A stretch of 20,000 bases of DNA. Origin: an uncultured virus (IMG/VR IMGVR_UViG_3300021598_001639). Lineage: Duplodnaviria > Heunggongvirae > Uroviricota > Caudoviricetes. The position numbers were made by a program, and so were the translations under genes. Shown here in pieces: positions 16,886-20,000 of the stretch. Every line of letters starts with the position of its first letter. Position 1 is the first letter of the stretch. Under the pieces are notes generated by a model. The model did no database searches. It worked only from the letters and a program-made list of their open reading frames with translations, and was not told the origin of the DNA. The stretch lies in the IMG/VR virus record IMGVR_UViG_3300021598_001639; one strand, given 5' to 3'.

Positions 16886-17884
16886 GACATGAAGGAAAGG
16901 CTCTCCGTATAGTTTTAACAATACTTTACGGGCAACAGCTTTGACAACTGGAACTGCAACAGAATTACCAAATTGTTTATAGGCTTGTGTGTTAGACACT
17001 ACAATTTGGAAAGAATCAGGAAATCCTTGCAATCTTGCCCATTCACGAGGGGTCAAAAAGCGAATGAAACGACTATTTTTTTCAGAGGGATAATTAGAAG
17101 GAGGATTAATATCTTGAATAAGATTGCGCTCTCTCCCCTGACCTCCAACCATTATAGCATTAGAGCAACCCTCCTTGTCAAGTATTTCGTACCCAAAGTT
17201 GTTACCTAATTCTAAATGGCGTGCTTTGTGAGCCTGTAAACTTTGCCAATAACCTTCGTTTAGGTAGTATTTTAAATCAACGGGTTCCGTCTCTAAAATG
17301 AAACGAAGGTGAGGGTTTCTGGTTTCGGGAGTAGGATAGTCAAACCAGTGATATTTCCAAGAAGCTTGGACGTTAGGTTCAAAACCTACAATAAAAACAC
17401 GAGGGCGATTTTGAGGTACTGAAAAATTGCGGGCATTCAAGATTTCTGGTTCAGGGACATAATAGCCCAACTCCCCTCTTAAGATGGACAAAATAGTTTT
17501 TAAAGTTTTTCCCCGTTCAATAGAGGCTAAACCTTTAACATTTTCCAAAATAAAGGCTTTAGGTCTTTTAGCCTTTAAAACTTTGACAATATCAAAAAAC
17601 AGATTACCCCGTTTATCTTGAAATCCTAACTTTTTACCAGCCATTGAAAAAGGTTGACATGGAAACCCCGCAGTCAGTATATCAAAATCGGGAATAGTTT
17701 CAGGGTTTAAATCCCGAATGTCTAAATTATCAAAGGTCTTGTCAAAATTTGCAAAATACGTTTTTTGACAAAACTTGTCTATTTCCGAACTAAATACACA
17801 CTCACCACCCAAACTACTTAAAGCAAGACGAAAACCGCCAATTCCCGCAAATAAGTCGATAAACTTGAAACTATTTGAAATCAT
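16880..17884 (-). CDS. dcm: orphan DNA (cytosine-5) methyltransferase, M.HpaII-like
   Basis: FIDLFAGIGG, GFPCQPFS, ENVKGL, QNRPRVF, TPREWARLQGFP, KQFGNSV. The variable region GNNFGYEI...NAIMVGGQGRERNLI resembles M.HpaII as I recall it. Confidence 0.95.
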   Translation of the reverse strand: MISNSFKFIDLFAGIGGFRLALSSLGGECVFSSEIDKFCQKTYFANFDKTFDNLDIRDLNPETIPDFDILTAGFPCQPFSMAGKKLGFQDKRGNLFFDIVKVLKAKRPKAFILENVKGLASIERGKTLKTILSILRGELGYYVPEPEILNARNFSVPQNRPRVFIVGFEPNVQASWKYHWFDYPTPETRNPHLRFILETEPVDLKYYLNEGYWQSLQAHKARHLELGNNFGYEILDKEGCSNAIMVGGQGRERNLIQDINPPSNYPSEKNSRFIRFLTPREWARLQGFPDSFQIVVSNTQAYKQFGNSVAVPVVKAVARKVLLKLYGEPFLHVH

Positions 17885-17913
17885 AAAGCCTCCTATTAGC
17901 TATTTTAGAAAAT

Positions 17914-18765
17914 TTACTTAACTTGTAAATGCTTACCTAAATATTCTTCAATTTGTTTTTTGCATCTGCCGTAATTTTGTTGACGGGGAGAAGGTAGCTT
18001 AAACCAATTGAGGTAGTCTTGCTCACTGTAAGGCAAAACTCTAAATCTGGAGTAATAAGGACTCAATTTCGCCCAAATATAAGGCGTTTTTAAAGGCTTA
18101 TTACATTCTCGCAAAACTTCGGTTTCGGAGTTAGGTAAACGTTCCCACTGGGTTAAAACAACAGGTTTAGAGGGGATTTTAGCAAAGTGATTGACTAAAC
18201 CGTTTACCCCTTTGAACCCAGTGCTTCCAACTTTCTCTTTTAATAAGATACGGGCTATGTCTTCCCATTTTTTAATCTTATAACCGTAGGGAAGCTGAAA
18301 CGCATATAAATCCCAAGTTAAAGTGACAAAAAGTGGGTTACTAACACTATCACTATTTCTTCTTTTGGATTCAATATTTATTAATCTATGCTTCATGTCA
18401 AGATTGAAACAAATCAAATCCCCAAATTTAAGTTCCTTAGAGATTTTATTCTCTAATTGCAAAATGTGTCCATTTGACTCTAAGACCCACAAAAGAGTAT
18501 GCCCTACCCAGTCTCTGTGCCAGTCTACCTCTTTGCAAGATAGCATTGGTAAATCCTTAAATTCAAAAGAATAGATTTCTTCTGATTCTATATTTGATGC
18601 TTCACTAAAAACAGACTTATCAAGGGATAATTCTTCGTGCAATTCAAGCAAGCTTGGAGTAACTAAATTGCCTAAATCTACAAAAGCTTTTTTTGTTGGC
18701 ATGACGATTTTTGATTTTTCTAACTTTTCTCTATTTAAACAGATTTTTTTGAGTTTGTCAAGCAT
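17914..18765 (-). CDS. hypothetical protein with possible 2OG-Fe(II) oxygenase/cupin domain
   Basis: WHRD (HxD)...LKFGDLICFNLDMKHRL (distal His), with spacing compatible with a double-stranded beta-helix metal site. Confidence 0.5.
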   Translation of the reverse strand: MLDKLKKICLNREKLEKSKIVMPTKKAFVDLGNLVTPSLLELHEELSLDKSVFSEASNIESEEIYSFEFKDLPMLSCKEVDWHRDWVGHTLLWVLESNGHILQLENKISKELKFGDLICFNLDMKHRLINIESKRRNSDSVSNPLFVTLTWDLYAFQLPYGYKIKKWEDIARILLKEKVGSTGFKGVNGLVNHFAKIPSKPVVLTQWERLPNSETEVLRECNKPLKTPYIWAKLSPYYSRFRVLPYSEQDYLNWFKLPSPRQQNYGRCKKQIEEYLGKHLQVK

Positions 18766-18866
18766 TTTATTTATAGTATATCTGTACTAGGTCACTTAAA
18801 GTAAATTGGAAAAAATCAAATGTTGGTAAAACAGGAATTGATTTCCTGAAAAAAAAACAACGGTTC

Positions 18867-19046
18867 ATGTGTCCAAATTGTTTCAATAATTTGAACAATG
18901 GGTATCATGTTCATCATTTAATACCCATATCTAAATTAGAAGAGCAAACTAAATCTTTAGCCATTGACTTAAGGAATTTAGTTTTGCTTTGTCCTAGTTG
19001 CAATTTAGCACAAGGCAATAAGATTGATACTCGATTTGACGACTAA
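18867..19046 (+). CDS. small zinc-binding HNH endonuclease (not in the ORF track)
   Basis: MCPNC...YHVHHLIPISK...DLRNLVLLCPSCNLAQG. The frame is open from 18777 but the first ATG is at 18867. Confidence 0.75.
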   Translation: MCPNCFNNLNNGYHVHHLIPISKLEEQTKSLAIDLRNLVLLCPSCNLAQGNKIDTRFDD

Positions 19047-19309
19047 GACTTACTAGCTTCCCAAAATGTGGGCGTTACAGTGTCTAAAAAAACCATAGAA
19101 CGTTCGCCGTATTCTTTTTTCAAATCTGTTGTTATCTTTTCAATCATCTCAGTAATTAAAGAAGAATATTCGTCCATAGCCTCTTTTAGTCTAATATAAG
19201 GTTTCGTGGTAATAACAACATTAGCAAACACGGCAAACTGCTCAGTATCACCTAAGATTTTGGTTTTAACTATAAATTTGAGGATTAGCATGGCATTGAT
19301 TGTATTCAT
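19043..19309 (-). CDS. hypothetical protein
   Basis: 88-aa ORF converging on the HNH ORF. Confidence 0.55.
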   Translation of the reverse strand: MNTINAMLILKFIVKTKILGDTEQFAVFANVVITTKPYIRLKEAMDEYSSLITEMIEKITTDLKKEYGERSMVFLDTVTPTFWEASKS

Positions 19310-19620
19310 CGTAAAATTAGGAGTTGTATTACGTTTTGCATCTAGAATTTATTTTAGCATGGTTGACGAAAAATTAACCTAGTGAGCTATCTAAAAAATG
19401 TACTACTTGGTCTGAAATAAATAAGATTTAATTATATCAGGGGTTTTAACGTTTTAGACTTAAAAAAAGTGCTATTTTAAAATCAATAAAACCCAATCAT
19501 AGTATGGCTTTGACCTGTTTGTACTATGTAGTAGGGGGGATAACTTTATTTTTTTTTTTTATCCCTTACCCCTTTAATCATCGCATTGGAGGGTTCCAAA
19601 TTTTAAACAATTCCTTTCTT

Positions 19621-19712
19621 TTCAGAGCGGGTTCATAACACAGCCTTTTCCTTTCCTTTCAGAAGGGGTTCATAATCCAGCCTTCCTTGCACTTCAGAGC
19701 GGGTCATGATAC
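19621..19712. repeat. three degenerate tandem direct repeats (35-37 bp period)
   Basis: TTCAGAGCGGGTTCATAACACAGCCTT (19621), TTCAGAAGGGGTTCATAATCCAGCCTT (19658), TTCAGAGCGGGTCATGAT (19693). Confidence 0.75.
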
Positions 19713-19885
19713 TTTTACCATTAAACTAATTTGTATTGGTCTAAGGGTTAAAAAATGGGTAAATGGGTCAATGTGGGCTAAATATTTAAATATATATTTA
19801 ATTTTTGGTAGGTTTATTTGTGAATACCCTAGAATTAAAGTATCCTAGTATCCTATCCCCCACTCTATTTTTTTGCTATGTATCT

Positions 19886-19915
19886 ATCATAGCATAGGAA
19901 TAAACAAAATGTCAA
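19886..19915 (-). promoter_or_regulatory. putative sigma70 promoter
   Basis: TTGACA-N18-TATGAT with an extended -10 (TGC). The CCTCTTGACATTT context is shared with the 90-bp repeats. Confidence 0.6.
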
Positions 19916-20000
19916 GAGGTAGTGGAAAAAAATTTTTTGGGTAAAGGGGGTAAAGGGAAAATTTGTTTTAAAGGTAAACTGCGATGAATAATGAGGTGAG

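Noticed and set aside
288..18574. Shadow ORFs in the track (288+, 3233+, 3746+, 4800-, 5784-, 6215+, 6435+, 7183+, 9389-, 9819+, 10155-, 10383+, 13260+, 13910+, 14257+, 15248+, 16973+, 18323+)
   Set aside because: They overlap better-supported genes or RNA elements on the other strand or frame and have no recognisable motifs.
19621..19712. Possible mini CRISPR array
   Set aside because: The period of 35-37 bp is too short, the units are degenerate along their length, and there are no unique spacers.

Overview
AT-rich, mostly minus-strand phage or prophage DNA. A cyanobacterial host is inferred from the Pol-gamma-type polymerase and the cyanobacterial-style IsrB/TnpB remnants. The replication region has a mitochondrial Pol-gamma-like family A polymerase (about 892 aa after splicing) split in motif A (GADVDS|QELWI) by an 894-nt group I intron. 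The intron carries a NUMOD4-HNH homing endonuclease whose ORF runs through the ribozyme core. Also present: a degenerate LAGLIDADG ORF, a frameshifted Dda/RecD2-like helicase, three tandem paralogous small genes, a tail-fibre-like cassette between 90-bp direct repeats, an orphan HpaII-like C5 methyltransferase next to a possible 2OG-Fe(II)/cupin protein, and a small HNH. The most striking observation is two independent OMEGA-type guide-RNA scaffolds without an intact nuclease gene. One is an IsrB/IscB omegaRNA whose guide position matches the adjacent polymerase gene at 30/31 nt. The other is an orphan TnpB right-end RNA whose guide position matches the start of the adjacent helicase gene at 13/13 and 15/16 nt. 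This suggests RNA-guided targeting of phage replication genes (homing, phage competition or regulation). All family assignments come from motif recognition, not database searches.
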